From positions 103,962 to 167,961 of the forward strand of contig CAXHJY010000152.1 of NCBI GenBank assembly GCA_964016885.1: a stretch of 64,000 bases of DNA, in the 5' to 3' direction. Both the position numbers and the translations under genes were made by a program. Under the pieces are notes generated by a model. That model made no database searches. It was not told the origin of the DNA and was given only the letters and a program-made list of their open reading frames with translations. Positions 24,890-39,156 of the stretch are shown here, in pieces (positions within the stretch are counted from its first letter, which is position 1; each line of letters opens with the position of its first letter). The DNA is from Eledone cirrhosa (Eukaryota).

Positions 24890-26880
24890 TGAGATTTCCA
24901 GTGGGCACTTAGGAAGTTTGGTGTAGATGAATAGCTTGTGAGGGTCATGCTGACTATGTATAAAGAGCAAACAGCAGGGTGAGGGCTGAAAGCAAGTTCA
25001 GTGAGGAATTTGAAGTGCAGGTGTATGTCCACCAGAACTCAACACTCAGTCCACTCCCGTTTATCATTGTTCTTCAAGTCATCACTGAGGAGTTTAAAAC
25101 TGGTACCCATAGGAGCTCCAATATGCTGATGGCCTAGTCCTTATAGCTGAATCCGTAGGAGAGTTAGGGACAAAATTTCAAACATGGAAGAGGAACCTAG
25201 ATTTGAAAGGCTTAAAACCAAACTTAGCAAAGATGAAAGTGCTAATTAGGAAAGAGTACGAGGGGTGATGCCATCAGGGAAATGGCCTTATTCCATATAT
25301 CAGAAAGGGGTGGGCAGACATTCTATAAGGTACATGCAGCAGGATTGCAGGCAGATTAATGGAAAAGACCTTGTATGTGGCAGATACACAGAAGTAAGCA
25401 TGAAGAACTCATGTAAAGTAAATTCCTTCAGCTGCCAGGGAGGCTCCTTAGAAGTTGTCAGCAACTTCTGTTACTTAGGCAATCAAATTAGCAGAGGGTG
25501 GGGTGTACTGAAAATGTGATAGCCAGGATCAGAATAGGCTAGAAGAAATTTAGAGAGCTGACACCTCTGCTGACAACAAAGGGCTTCTCGCTAAGAGTGA
25601 AGGGTAGACTATGATGTCTGCATCATGGCAGTGAAACATGGGCCTTAACCGCAGAAGATATGTGAAAACTGGAGAGAAATGAAGCAAATATGCTCCGATG
25701 GATGTGTAATGTTAGTGTACATGAACAACAGATTAAGTGAACTGAAAGAAAAGGGCAGACGCAGGAAGACATGGGATGAGGTAGTGGAGCAACCTTAAGA
25801 AACTAAAGCTCACAACTGAGATGACAAAAAATCAAGAATATTGGCACTATGCTGTGATGATGAAGACCCGTCCAGAAGCATACAATATGAACTAACCAAT
25901 TCATGAGCCACTCCCACTATCTATCCTCACCACTACTGCATCCACCACCCATGCCCCCTCCAAAACCACTCATCTACTATCCCTCCCTCTAAAGACCTCA
26001 CCATTGCACTCTAGTAGCTACTGTAACTCTTGTTCAACTCTTACTACTACCCCTTAACCCTCCCCCCTCTAAAGGCTTTAAATATCCTCACCACTTTACC
26101 CTATTAGCTACTCTACCCCTTGTTCACCCCCATTACCCCTTCACTACCTCCTTTCCTATCTTTCCACTACACCCTCACTCCCATACACTAACTTTCCATC
26201 AAGCCGCCAACATATTGATCATATCCCTCACACCACTACATCCCCATACACTAATCAGCCACACCTACCCATCCTCACAAACACCTACAACTTAATACAT
26301 ATCTCCCTCCCCTACTGCCCCCAGCCCAGAGCTGGATCTATGATCAACAACCTCTCTAGTGATGGTGCCATGAAAATGCACCCAATACACTCCCTATGGG
26401 TGGTTAGCAAGAGGAAGGGCACCTCGCTGTAGAAACCATGCTTAAAAAGGTTGAAGAGGACCTTCAGCTGTGTCAAAAACACAACAACCTCTAGTGTTGG
26501 TGATCTACACAAACGCATGCTGTAAAGTGGTTGGTGATAGGAAGGACATCCAGACAAAGTTTTCCATACAAAGGGTTCTCTGAACCCTTTGTATCAAGGA
26601 TATGACAGCCTCCCTAATGGTGGTGATCTACACAATAAAACCACCTAGTACATACTGTAAAATGATTGGTATTAGAAAGGGCATCCAGCCATAGAAAGCT
26701 TGCCAAAGAAGGAGTTAGGAGGATCCTTCAGTATGTGTCAAAAGATAACTCCTCTGTACTCGATAATGACCATATGTAAGGAGGATACAGTCCTCCTCGG
26801 CCTGTCTGGGACATCAGTAGCTCCGCTTCAGTACTGCCAACCCATGCCAGCATGGAAAATAAACAGTTGATGATGATGAA
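24890..26880 (+). mobile_element. Decayed RTE LINE (RT C-half plus long 3' UTR with a triplicated module)
   Basis: Frameshifted homology to the 46114-47901 ORF ([25 protein letters not shown]). Ends in GATGATGATG. Confidence 0.8.
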
Positions 26881-27329
26881 TGGTAGCCATGGAATTGTAT
26901 GTAATTACTATTGAAATATTCATCTCAACATCATAAATGCTCAACTATTTTTCACTTTTGTTTTCAATACAAACTCTCTCAAATAATATCTGCAACAACG
27001 TAAAATTTAGCATTTGGAACATAAAATTATGATGTGAAGGTACATGGTCTAATGGATACAGTATTGGACTCACAATCATAAGGTCAAGGATTCAATTCTT
27101 GAACAAGATGGATCATTGTGTTCTTGTGCAAGATACTTCATTTCACATTGCTTTTCATGACGGGACAACAGCCCCTATCATTAAAACGCCCTAGAAACTT
27201 ATGTTACGCAACCTCATAGGAGGCCAGCTATCTAGGTGCGAGAAGGAATTTTTTTTTTTTTTAAATATATGAACGAAATAAAAATAGAGTTCCAGTAGAA
27301 ATTGTATTTCTAAACCTTAACATGAACAA

Positions 27330-27875
27330 TCAGTAGAAGTGTTTAGTTGATCTTTCCACAAAAGAAGCCGGAGAGCTCTGAAAGCATAGAAACCAGAATA
27401 AAAACAGAGTGGAAAAGATTCAGGAAGCAACGATCTCTGCTGCCAATGAAAAGATCTCTCTAGACAGTGGTTAGATTGTATGAAGTCTCTATGAAGTGCA
27501 ATGTTATATGGCAGTGAGACAGGGGATATATAAACGCTAGAGAAATAAATCAAGCATGCTCCATTGACTGTGTAATGTTTGTGTACATGATTGATGTAGC
27601 ATGGATGAGTTGAGAGAAATCTGAGGTGTGCAAGTATAGACACATAATGCATATGAATGATAATCGTTGGGTAAAGAAGTGCCAGTAGTTCTATGTGGAA
27701 GGAAGATATGCAAGAAGTAAGCCATGGATAAGTGACAAAAGCTGATCTCAGAGTGCTGAACTTCACAAATGTTATGACAAAGAAAAGAGATAAGTGGAGG
27801 GAAGCTTTTCTGGAAAAGACTCATCAAAATCAAGTCAAGCATGGAAAAATGGAAGTAAAAACGATGATGATGATG
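27330..27875 (+). mobile_element. Old RTE LINE 3' fragment
   Basis: Remnants of KFRE/YGSET/SML motifs and the tail AGCATGGAAAAATGGAAGTAAAAACGATGATGATG. Confidence 0.65.
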
Positions 27876-28378
27876 CTAAACACAAAGTAAATGCTCAACT
27901 ACCTTCAATAATTTGTCTTTAAATGACACCTAAACTCTCAAATTGGTAACACATCAGTTAACTTTGATAATTATAGTGTAGTCTGTACCACTGACTAAAA
28001 ATTAAGTTGCCTAAGAAGTATTCTAGGTACAACCAGGACAGACACAAAATACTAAAAAAATGTTTTAATCATTTCAATAAACTTTTTACTCTTGATACCA
28101 AACTACCAGAAACTAACCCTGGTTCTATTATACAAAGTTGTTTATTTTAACTCTTAAGAGTTTGTAATAATTTAGCACAAAAAGTATCTAGTCTGTTAAT
28201 TCAAATGTTTATAGGATCTTTACAAAGTGAATATTTGCAATATTGTTAAAGATTTCAATTTTCAATGTAATGCGATCAATGCTGTTTCATACATTGCAAG
28301 TATGTCTTGCAAATGTAGTTTTATATGGGACAGGATGTTAAGAGTTAAAGTGCTTAAATTTATGTAGAAACATTCCAT

Positions 28379-28881
28379 TGTAGTAAGACGCCTCACGCCT
28401 CTTGCCAGGATAATAGAACCCAAGTTATCTCCCGCTGGCTGAGAACGCGAGGAGTAAACAGACAGCCACTAGAAAGCAGACTGATCACACGCCAGTAAAC
28501 AGCCTCTGTACCACACCACAGAAAGCAGCCAAGGGAACAGCAAGCAATAAACCCAACAATACTTTTGTAATGATAATACGTTCTTTTCACCACAACTGAC
28601 TACGTCAACATTTGGTATGTTCCATTTGTAGTATAAATAAATCACCATTATTTAAAAAGTACCAGTAATGCACTGTGTAATTGCTGGCCTTGTGCCTAAA
28701 GTAGAAACAATTATTTACAATTGTTGAATTTAACTCTCGTTGTGGTTATTGTCTTGTTTGCACACACACTCACTCACTTTGTTATAATTCTCACAAACAC
28801 AAGATGGTAAATAGACGAGGGACCTTCCCTCACGTCTATGTCAATGAACTATCCAACTAGGATACCTTACATTTTACCACA
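28379..28881 (+). repeat. 5' LTR (contains a SINE-tail insertion at ~28655-28715)
   Basis: TGTAGTAA ... TTACCACA inverted termini, an internal AATAAA, and a PBS immediately downstream. Confidence 0.75.
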
Positions 28882-28882
28882 C

Positions 28883-28897
28883 TGGTGACCCCGACGT
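28883..28897 (+). other. Primer-binding site complementary to tRNA-Trp
   Basis: TGGTGACCCCGACGT is the complement of the eukaryotic tRNA-Trp 3' end (..ACGUCGGGGUCACCA). Confidence 0.88.
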
Positions 28898-29005
28898 AAG
28901 AATTTTACGCAGCCTTTTTATTCATTCGTGTAAATAATTTAAAGCAGCTTTTTTTATTCACTTGAATATTTCACTGCCGTTGCCAACCTTTTCGCAACTT
29001 ACACA

Positions 29006-29036
<31 letters not shown>

Positions 29037-29523
29037 TTTTTCGAACATGACGTTGCGTTCCTTCCCCGTTTTGTAATTTTCCGCCAGGACGGGGACATTT
29101 TTGGAATTGCGTGTGTGTTCCATGACTGATCAAGAGAAGAAACTTTTTTGTGAACATTACTGCCCTGCAGGGGATATACATGCCTTACCTTTTTCTAAGG
29201 GATTTTTAGCCACTGGCTACCTATTGTTGATATCCAACGTGGATATATTCTAAAAAAAACATTTTTTTTTTTTCCTCTTTTTCACCTTATTTCATTTGGT
29301 TGGTTCGTTGAAGCAACACGAGGGGACAGATGTTGAAGGAAAAATTTTTTTTTAAAAGATATATATATGTATTTTATGTATTTTTCATATTTCCTAATGT
29401 TTTGAATGTCTGTTTCTTTTTGACCTTTCATTTTTTCTCGATTTTGGCTGTTCTCTTTTCACTGTATCAGGGTACATTAATTGCTGTTTAGATATATATT
29501 TTTTTTAAATTTTAAACGTTGCC

Positions 29524-30210
29524 ATGAATGTGCCACATTTGCCCGCCTTTAGTGGAAAACCTTAGATGTGGTTTGCCCAGTTACAGGCGTATTTTACGGT
29601 CTGTAAGACTGAGTCTGACCAGCGTCTCGCTGTCCTGATTAGCGGACTTCCCCCTAATCTAGCAGATTCGGTCCAAGACCTAATTACAGACCCCCTCCCC
29701 CCTCTGACTTATCGTATGAGTCTTTGAAAGGCGAGATTTTAAGGAGGAATTGTAAGTCGGTAGAGAGTCGTTTTCAGTCATTGATCGAGGACGAACGATT
29801 AGGTGACAGGACCCCTACCGCTTTTCTCCGGCATTTGCGGGATTTGAGCGATTCGCAAGATCAGGATAGCCCTTTCCTGAAGCAATTGTTCTTCTCTCGC
29901 CTACCTCAAGAGGTACAGGCGATCCTAGCCCATATGCTAGAGGTAAATACCCTCGATCACATTGCTGTCTCTGCTGACAAAATTGTAGAAGTGACGAAGA
30001 GAGACACTTCGAAGCCAAAGTACGTTGCTGCCTCTTCTCTTCCTCAGCGAGTGATGAGAAATTAATCACCACAATGGAAGCCATGACTCGTCAAATGGCG
30101 GAGTTGTGCCAGGAATTCAGGTCTTTTGGACGGCAGAGGAGCCGCTCACGACGTTATTCAACTCCTCGCCGTTATTCAAAATCTCGACGTTATTCAAAAT
30201 CTCACTACCT
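29524..30210 (+). pseudogene. Gypsy gag, disrupted
   Basis: MNVPHLPAFSGKP*MWFAQLQ...LGDRTPTAFLRHLR...LFFSRLPQEVQAIL...RSRSRR. Contains a premature stop and frameshifts. Confidence 0.8.
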
Positions 30211-32875
30211 TTGCAGTTCCGTAATCTGCGGCGCGAGTTTAAATGGATATTTACTGTCGCTGCCTTGCTGTATCCGATTCTAGGCGTGGATTTTCTCCAC
30301 CATTTTTCATTGACGGTGGACCTCCGTCATAAACGCCTAATTGATGGCATCACTGGATTAACTGTTGTTGGCAAGGCAGCAGGAGTTCCAACGGTTAGCC
30401 CGACCTTTTTTCTTGTTAACACCGGTGATACTTACCATGCGTTGTTGAACTCGTTCCCGCAACTGACTCGGGGAAATTTTCAAGTTGATGAACCTACTCA
30501 TACCACGGAGCACTTCATATCTACAACTGGTGCTCCCGTTTTTTCTCGTTCTCGTCGCTTGCAGCACGATCAAAGCAGCACAATCAGAGTTTGATCATAT
30601 GCTGCAAATGGGGATTATTCGTCCGTCCACGAGCCCGTGGGCGTCTCCATTACACATGGTACCGAAAGCGTCTGGCAATTGGAGACCTACTGGAGATTAT
30701 CGACGCCTAAATTCGATAACGGTACCGGACCGTTATCCTATCCCTCATCTGCAAGACTTTGCGTCTTCGTTGCAGGGATGCAAGATATTCTCCAAACTGG
30801 ATTTAATTCGTGCGTACCATCAAATTCCTGTCCATAAAAATGACATTCCAAAAACGGCTATAGTTACGCCATTTGGGTCATTCGAGTTTTTGACTATGCC
30901 GTTCGGATTAAGGAATGCCGCTAGTACTTTTCAGCGGTTTATGGATGAGGTTACTCACGGCCTCGATTTCGTCTATACCTATATTGACGACCTGCTCATT
31001 GCTAGTTCTTCTCAAGAGCAACATACGCACCATTTGAATCTTCTTTTCCGCCGATTGAAGGCGTATAACGTGCAGATTAATGCACCCAAATGTGTTTTTG
31101 GTGCCGAGTCACTGACTTTCTTGGGTCACGTCATCGATGCTGACGGTATTCGACCCCGGCCTGAGCAAGTTAAGGTCATAGAGGATTTGCCTCCACCAAC
31201 CTCATTACGTCAGTTACGCCAGTTCTTAGGTCTGATTAACTTTTATAGGCGTTCCGTGCCAAATTGTGCAAAATTGCTTTTCTCCCTGACAGAAATTTTG
31301 AAATATTGTCGGAGGAAGAACAAAGATATTTCTTTGACAGACACTCAACTTGCTGATTTTCAGCACGCCAAAACTGCTTTGGCTAATGCTTCGTTACTGA
31401 CTCACCCGGTACCCGGTGCAAAGTTAACGCTTTGTGTTGATGCATCGGATATCGCTGTGGGCGCAGTACAACAGCAAAACATCAATGGTTACCAGCAACG
31501 CTGGAGTTTTTTTCCAGAAAGCTGAAACCTGCTGAGACGCGCTACAGCACCTTTGGAAGAGAGCTTTTAGCCATCTATTTGGCCGTGAAACATTTTTCAC
31601 ATATGCTAGAGGGTAGACAATTTACTATCCTCACTGACCATAAACCATTGACTTTTGCGTTGAGAGCGAAGGCTGATAAATACTCGCCCAGAGAGACGAG
31701 ACACCTTGATTTAATCTCGCAATATACGAGTGATATCCAGCACATTCCGGGTTCACTAAATACAACGGCCGATGCTTTGTCCCGCTTACCCGTGACAGCG
31801 ATCTCGTCACCCTCTGACATAGATCTGACTCGTTTGGCTGCGGATCAGCCTCCCCTCGAGTCATTGGATGTTACATCGCCTGAGTTTGCGAATTGCGAGA
31901 TGAAATACTTGCCTCTGTCGACTGCAGTTGGCCAAATTCTCTGCGACATCTCTTTGGACGTGCCTAGGCCCTTCGTTCCAGAGAATCATCGTCGTACCGT
32001 GTTTCTGGCATTACATAGTATCTTGCATCCAGGATCTTCTGCCACAGCAAAGCTCATATCAGCTAGATTTTTCTGGCCAAATATGAGGCGTGAAATTGCT
32101 GCTTGGTGCCGTTCCTGCGTTGCTTGCCAGAGATCAAAGGTCCATCGACACATCAAGGTTCCCCTGGGTACCTTTGCTAACCCAGATGCGCGTTTTTCAC
32201 ATATTCATATTGACATAGTGGGACCTTGGCCTGTCAGCGATGGTTATTCTTATCTGCTGACCATCATTGACCGTTTTTCGAGATGGCCTGAGGCCATCCC
32301 CTTGAAAAACATCACTGCGGAGACAACAGCACGTGCTCTTGTGTCTGGATGGATCTCTCGTTATGGAGTTCCATCCACAATAACTACCGACCGTGGACGA
32401 CAGTTCGAGTCGAGCCTTTTCCTAGAGCTGTCAAAATTAATTGGTGCTAAACGCATTAGAACTACGGCGTACCATCCCGCTTCGAATGGTATGGTGGAGC
32501 GTTTTCACCGACAACTGAAGGCCTCCTTAATGGCCTCAATGGACTCGGCACATTGAAGCGAGTACCTCGCTATTGTGCTACTAGGGATTCAGTCAACGGT
32601 GAAGGTCGACTTTGGATTTTCACCGGCCGAAGTACTGTACGGTGCTCCTCTGACGTTGCCCAGGCAAATGCTTGCCCCTATCAATCTTGATGCCCAAGAT
32701 CACGCTTCCTACGTGTCCCGTTTGCGCTATTTCCAGGAGTTGCCGCCAATGGACACTAGGAAACAAACTGTCAAGACTGCTGTCCCGAGGGATATTGCCT
32801 CGTGGACGCATGTCTTTGTAAGGAAAGATTCTGTGAAGCCCCCGCTCACACAGCCTTACACTGGACCTTACCATT
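30205..32875 (+). pseudogene. Gypsy pol (protease C-half, RT, RNase H, integrase), disrupted
   Basis: PILGVDFL; [25 protein letters not shown]; VDAS, TDHKPL, ADALSR; HHCC (HSILH..CVAC), HIDIVG/TDRG/VERFH. Frameshifts near 30570 and 31510, and a stop at 32554. Confidence 0.93.
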
Positions 32876-35800
32876 TGAGTGCCTTTAATAGAGTACATTT
32901 TGTTGCAAACATTCCGAATAAGTATCTCATTTAAGGATACTGCGCTTCCTCTCTCTCCCAGGCTTAGAGGTCCTGAAAAGGGCCATGGACACTGCCTTTC
33001 CCTTCTCTGTGCCAGTGTCTTGTTACTCTAGAGTTTATCCAGTATGTTTACAAGGTCATTAAACAGTCAAAACTGTCTCATAACACTGTAAAAGGACATT
33101 GACCAAACCCAAAATTATATATAAGCACAAGGCCAACAATTTGTTGGGAGGGAAAGTTGATTACATTGACCGCAGAACTTTATTGATACTTTATTTTATC
33201 GACCCTGGAAGAATGATAGGTGAAGTTCACGTTGGTGATATTTAAGCTTAGAACATAAACGGCCATTAAATGCTACAAAGCATTCTATCTGATGCTCTAA
33301 CAATTCTGCAATCACAGCTCCCTCACCTGAAATTTGCTGGCCTCGTGCCTAAATTAGGAAATATTATCACAGATCTTATACAGCAAAAATTCCTTTCTTC
33401 CAATTACATCAGATTTTTTAGGGGGAGGATTATTTATCAAATTCAGTGCCTGGGTATTTAATGCCCTAAGCTAACTCCACACTGTGTACTCTATTCTTCC
33501 AAATATAATAATTTCAACTTACAGTTTGGTATGGTGACAAACTTAGGTTTAGACACTTTTTGTCTTGACAACACTAAACAAATTATTAAACCTGCATTTT
33601 CCACTACACTGTCCACACTCACCCATGCCAAATTATGTGACAGATCATAACACTATCCACTTTGCTTCTTTGGATACATCCACAATGCTGCTATGCAGCA
33701 AAGATATTTAGCAATTTATTTATTGATTACATGAAATTACTAAATAATCATCATCATTGAATGTCCATTTTTCCCTGCTAGCAAGGATTTAATTTGATTA
33801 TACAAATTTGTATAAAACTGATCTTTTAATCCTTCTGACACCAGCCCAGCCAAAACCAACTCTAGTTCTATGAAACAAAACCACCCATTTTAAAGGGTTA
33901 CTATTTAAATCTTCTAACAATTTTATATAAGAACCATATGTTAAGCTAGTCTTAGTCATGAGATAATTTTAGTAAATCCCTAAACTGTTTCAATTAATCA
34001 ATTGAAAGTGTATTTCATTGGAAATCTGGTGACAAAAGGGTTAAAGTTCAGCAATGCACCTCTCAGAGATCTGAGCCCTAAGTAACTGCCTAGTTGACTT
34101 TAATGGTAGCACCAGCCCTATCGATCATCAGTCATGCCCAGAGCCTTTTCATTCTTGCTGGAACTACAAAACAGTGCATTCAATGCTCCCTCTAATCTTT
34201 CCTAACCAGTGAGCATGATATTTGATGCTTTGAGCAAAAAAATTTTTAATTCAAAGCCACTGAGCAGCAACAATTGAGCAGCAACATTTCAAAGCTACTG
34301 AGCAGCAATATTTCAAAGCTACTGCGCAACAATATGTTGATGTTTATAGCCCCAATATAGCAAATGCACAGCTGTGCAGTTTAGTTGGAACATTGATAAC
34401 AAGCAAGTCTGAGATATCTGGGCTACTTATTTAAAATTCATTGTTATTGATAGGAAACACTTGGTATTGTGTCATGGTGCCTTCTTTAAAGTAAATCCAT
34501 CAATGCTGTTATATTGTTACAGCTCACTTATGTAGGTTTATCTGTCCTTCTACAAGGCTACAACTCATAAGAGGTTTCTCAGCTACTTTAATAAGTAGGC
34601 CCAGTCCTATCATGTTGCTACAGCTCACACCTTCGTAGATTTAGCTGGCCTCATATGAGAGTATAACTCATAAGATTCTTAAGTGTGTGTGTGTTTGGGG
34701 GGGGGGGGGGGGTCCTATCAAGAAAAGATTCTCCCTTGGACCAGATACTAGTCCATTGCAGGGGTTAAACACTAAATGGTGATTTTTGTTTCAGTTCAAA
34801 CCAATGTAGATTTCACTGGCCTCTTACAAGGTTACATCTCATAAGAGGTTTCTCAAATGTTTTAATAAGAGACTCCTGTCCTATAATGATTTCTTATATA
34901 GGCTCAAGGCCAGCAATTTGGGGGGGAGGGGAAAGTCGATTAAATCGACCCCACTGTGTGACTGCTACTTTATTTTATCGACCTCGTAAGGATGAAAGGC
35001 AAAGTTAACCTCGACGGGATTTGAACTCAGATCATAAAGGGCCATAACTCTATGCTGCAAAGCATGGCGTCCTACCCTCTACCGATACTGCCAATCCACC
35101 GCCCTCCTGTCATATAATGAAAAGATTTTCCCTGGGCCAGATGCCAGCCAGTAGCTGTGTTAACCTCTAGCTTCTGTTGACACCCTTGTTTTTGTAGGCG
35201 AGTGGACAGGAGCAACACGGAATGAAGTGTCTTGCTCAAGGACAACGCACTGTCCAGTACATTTATCATCATATGACTGTATGATTGTTAATCCAACATC
35301 CTAACCACAATGCCATAAATCCTAGTCATATATAATCATTAGCATCCAGAAACTTTATTCAACGAAATAACCAAGATCTCTGATACTGAACTAAGAACTA
35401 ACCACCTTAGCGCATTGATTACCATATCTTTCATAACAGACATTGCCTATGATTTTCAATCATCATCATCGTTTAACGCCTGCTTTCCCTGCTAGCAAAG
35501 GTTGGACAGGTTTACATAGACTAAGTGAGTATTGACGTGGGGGCTACTGGTTTTCCAGACAGGTCGAAAGGTCTGCATCTTGCTTCAATTTTGAAAATAA
35601 CATTCTTCAGTTGGTGTTTGGAACAATTTTTTTTATTTTTTTACATAAGACTACAGAGGAAGGTTTAAATTTATATATGAACACTGTAAAACAAATGACT
35701 ATCATAAAACCAGATTGGTATCAAAAGTGTTAAACAGTCTTAGCTACATATATCTAAAACACATGCAACACTTCACTATTATCATAACATTTATATTTCA

Positions 35801-36159
35801 CATACATACATACACTCTTTAGCTTTGTTGAGGAGATAACAGCCACAATAAAACGTATTTAGTACACTTTGTGAAGTTTAAAACATTAAAACACATTTGG
35901 AACACTACTGCACCAGGTTTCTGGTGTGAGGATATACTACTTCAGCCAATAATTCTGGAGGCTCTGAAGAATCATGGACACTGATCTTTTTCCTGACTAA
36001 ATGATAATTTATCTATCTGAGCCAACCAGCGTGCGTGCGTGTGTGCGCGCGCACGCACACGCACACACACACACACACACACAGAGAAATGATTTTGATA
36101 TGCATGCATGAATAAATAAATATCAAAATCATTTCTCTGTCGTTCTCTCCATGTATATG

Positions 36160-37215
36160 TATGTGCGTTCATAGAGATGCTGAAATATGTCTTTTGTGAA
36201 GAAGATGCAGGTGTTAGATTCCAATTTCAAACTAGTGGCAGACTCTTCAACCGTCAAAGATTTAAAACTAAGACATCTATAGACCAGCATTATTCACAAT
36301 GTCCTTTTTGCAGATGACGCAGCACTTGTAGCAAAATCCTTAGAAGAAGTCCAGGAACACAAACCATTTTTCTGTTGCAAGTTAAAGCTTTCAGTTAATC
36401 ATCAGCATAAAGAAAGCAGATGATCCACCATCATTGCTCTATGGCCAAACAAATACAAGGTGTCAAACAGAAACTGTCAGTTAACCAGTTCCCAGATACC
36501 CCTATAAAAGTTAATAGAAAGATCCTGAAGTATGTGAAATTGTTCACATATCTTGACAGTAAGGTGAACTTGTGTATCTTTAGACGACAAGATACTTAAT
36601 CATAATCATATAGAGAAAACCACGAGTGCATTTGGCAAACTCCATCATCGCCTTTGGAATGAGAGGGGTATAAAACTGGACACCAAGTTTATAAAGCTGA
36701 TGGACTAACCACTCTTAGATGGATCAGTATCTTAGACTCCATATAGGTCACATATTAACCAACCAGACATCTTTCATCAAAGCTGTTTTAATGCAGTCAG
36801 CGGGTACACACTAGAAGACAAAATATCTAAAACTGTCTTCTTCACAGATGCAAGATTGGAAGCATTGAAACCTTTTTTGTGAAATCATAACTACCCTTGG
36901 CTGGCTATGTCATCAGAATGCGTAACAAAAGAAGACCAAAAGTTCACATGTACAGCCAGCTTGATGTTGAATATAGAAATATTGGGTGACCATGACTCAA
37001 GTAAAAACACAAACTGAAGAGTAATCTTTCAGCAATATATCTTACGAGACATTTGAGCAAGTGGCCTTAGAGCAGAAGAGCTGCAGATCTGTGTGCCATA
37101 ATGCAAATCCTTGGCAGGTTTAAAATATCATGCCCAACATAAACATCCAAACTGAATGAACTAAATAGGTTGTTTGAATCCTCATACAATGAAAGTGAGA
37201 GAATAGTCCATCATA
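36160..37215 (+). mobile_element. Old RTE (BovB-like) LINE RT and 3' fragment
   Basis: Remnants GRLFN..R, LFADDAALVA, FTYL, AFGKL..RLWN, WAG. Heavily frameshifted. Confidence 0.75.
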
Positions 37216-37659
37216 TATGTATGTATGTATACATATACATATATATATAAATAAATACATATTTGTGTGTGAGTGCGCAAGTGTGCCCATATTTACTGTT
37301 TGTCTGTTCAGTATATGTAAACACCCCTTCGCGTTTATGTGTGAGTGTGTGTATATACATATGATGATGATGATAATCATGACTTACAGCTGCTTTTAGC
37401 AACACAGAAGTATAGACCTTACATGTGACAGGCCTTTGGAACTGCATTGAGTGTTCTGATTGGTGAACCGCCTGTAACTATTGTTACACCCCTACCTACT
37501 ATATATACACAGTTTCAGACTGACAAATTTCAGTCACAAGATATTAGTTAACAAGAGGCTATGATAGTAGTAGAAAACACTTGACCAACCAAGATGCTGT
37601 CAGTTACACAGAACCTAAAACCGTGTGGCTGTGAAGTGAACTTCCTAAGCACACACGCA

Positions 37660-37876
37660 GATACACTACAGAATCGCCATAAACCTATATAGTTACAGAG
37701 GTTTTAACACACACACAGATAGGCATAATACTGGAACATCATAAGCCTAAAGAGTTACAGAGGTTTTAATACACACACAAGAATAATACTGAAAAACCAT
37801 AAGCCAAAAGAGTTACAGCAGTTTTAACACACACACACTACTGAATCACCAAAAACCTATAGTTACAGTGGTTTTA
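37660..37876. repeat. Four degenerate ~60-bp tandem units (ccataaaccta..gttacagaggttttaacacacac)
   Basis: Directly visible. Confidence 0.75.
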
Positions 37877-38549
37877 TATTGTTATTGTTCAGATGTCATT
37901 TAACTCTATTTTTAAGTCAGTAACAGAAGAACTGTACTTATTCACACACAACCAACTTGTTATATAACTATCAACACACACACATGTATATACATACACA
38001 TGATGAATACATAAATATATTGATAAATATATACACATGTAATCAAATATGTATATATATCATCATTATGCGCGCGCGCGCACACACACACACACACACA
38101 ATTTGTTTTTTTGTCTAACATGGCAGATACCTAAATGTATTCATGAGTGAATGATAATATAATATTAATATTCTGTTTGTTTGCAAGCAAAGAGCCTAAT
38201 AACACCATGTGTGTTTTCTAGACGACTCCTATCATCTTTTTGTTCCAGTGGTAGCAGAGAGAAAAGAGTCTACAATTGTTTCGGAATTATTGTCTCATAT
38301 CAAGACTATGTATTCTCTTGTCTCTGCTACAGATGGAACTGTTGAGAATACATACAAATCTAAAAGCTATACTGATTAGCCAAATTTGCATACCAAGCGA
38401 TTTTACAGTCAGATTTGCTTCAAATTAAAAACAAAACTATATATATACATACATACATACATACATACATACATACATACACACACATATATGATGGCTG
38501 CCCCCTCGTTATTGAGTATGGCCATTGCACGATATAACATTATTAATAA

Positions 38550-39156
38550 CTAGCAGAAAAACCACCCGAAGGGTGGTTTCTACTAGCATGTGTAGTGTGT
38601 ATATTGATATTATATGCAGGTACATATACATGTAGATATGATACATCAAATAAAATCGCAATTGACAATATATAATACATAGAAATTGAACGAAGACTGC
38701 GTTACACTGTCTTATTTAATCAGTAACGTAATCCATGATACATTAGCAGAAAATTAGTATGTTTATTTAAGCGAGGGCCAACCGGAAGTGTTGACATTTC
38801 AAAAATTTTAAAGAAGTGAATCTTTAAATAAACAAAATATATTTAATCAACAGCCACAAAATTTAGTAGATAAATTATGTAATATTCATTCATTTGGCAG
38901 TATCGGTAGATGGTCGGACGCCATGCTTTGAAGCATAGAGTTACGGCCCCTGCCATTCTGAGTTCAAATCCTTCCGAGGTTAACTTAGCCTTTCATCCTT
39001 ACGGAGTCGATAAAATAAAGTACCAGTAATGCGCTGGGTGTGTGTCAAAAAGTAGAAAATTATTTATTCAAAGTAATCCAACTTATTTTACAAACGGGAT
39101 AAAAAAAAAAATAAGCCATACGCAATCCCGCAGACCTTCCTTTATTATAGTTTAGA
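38550..39156 (-). mobile_element. Non-autonomous Helitron (~600 bp) with a SINE insertion
   Basis: 5' A|TCTAAACTATAATAAAG; 3' long hairpin ctagtagaaaccaccc-ttc-gggtggtttttctgCTAG|T. SINE at ~38893-39060. Confidence 0.8.

Larger units (their letters stand above)
28379..32875 (+). mobile_element. Ty3/Gypsy LTR retrotransposon, decayed and 3'-truncated
   Basis: 5' LTR, PBS, then gag and PR-RT-RH-IN order, with several stops and frameshifts. No 3' LTR was seen. Confidence 0.93.

Noticed and set aside
35900-35995. Possible minus-strand terminal exon
   Set aside because: Weak acceptor, early stop and no homology.
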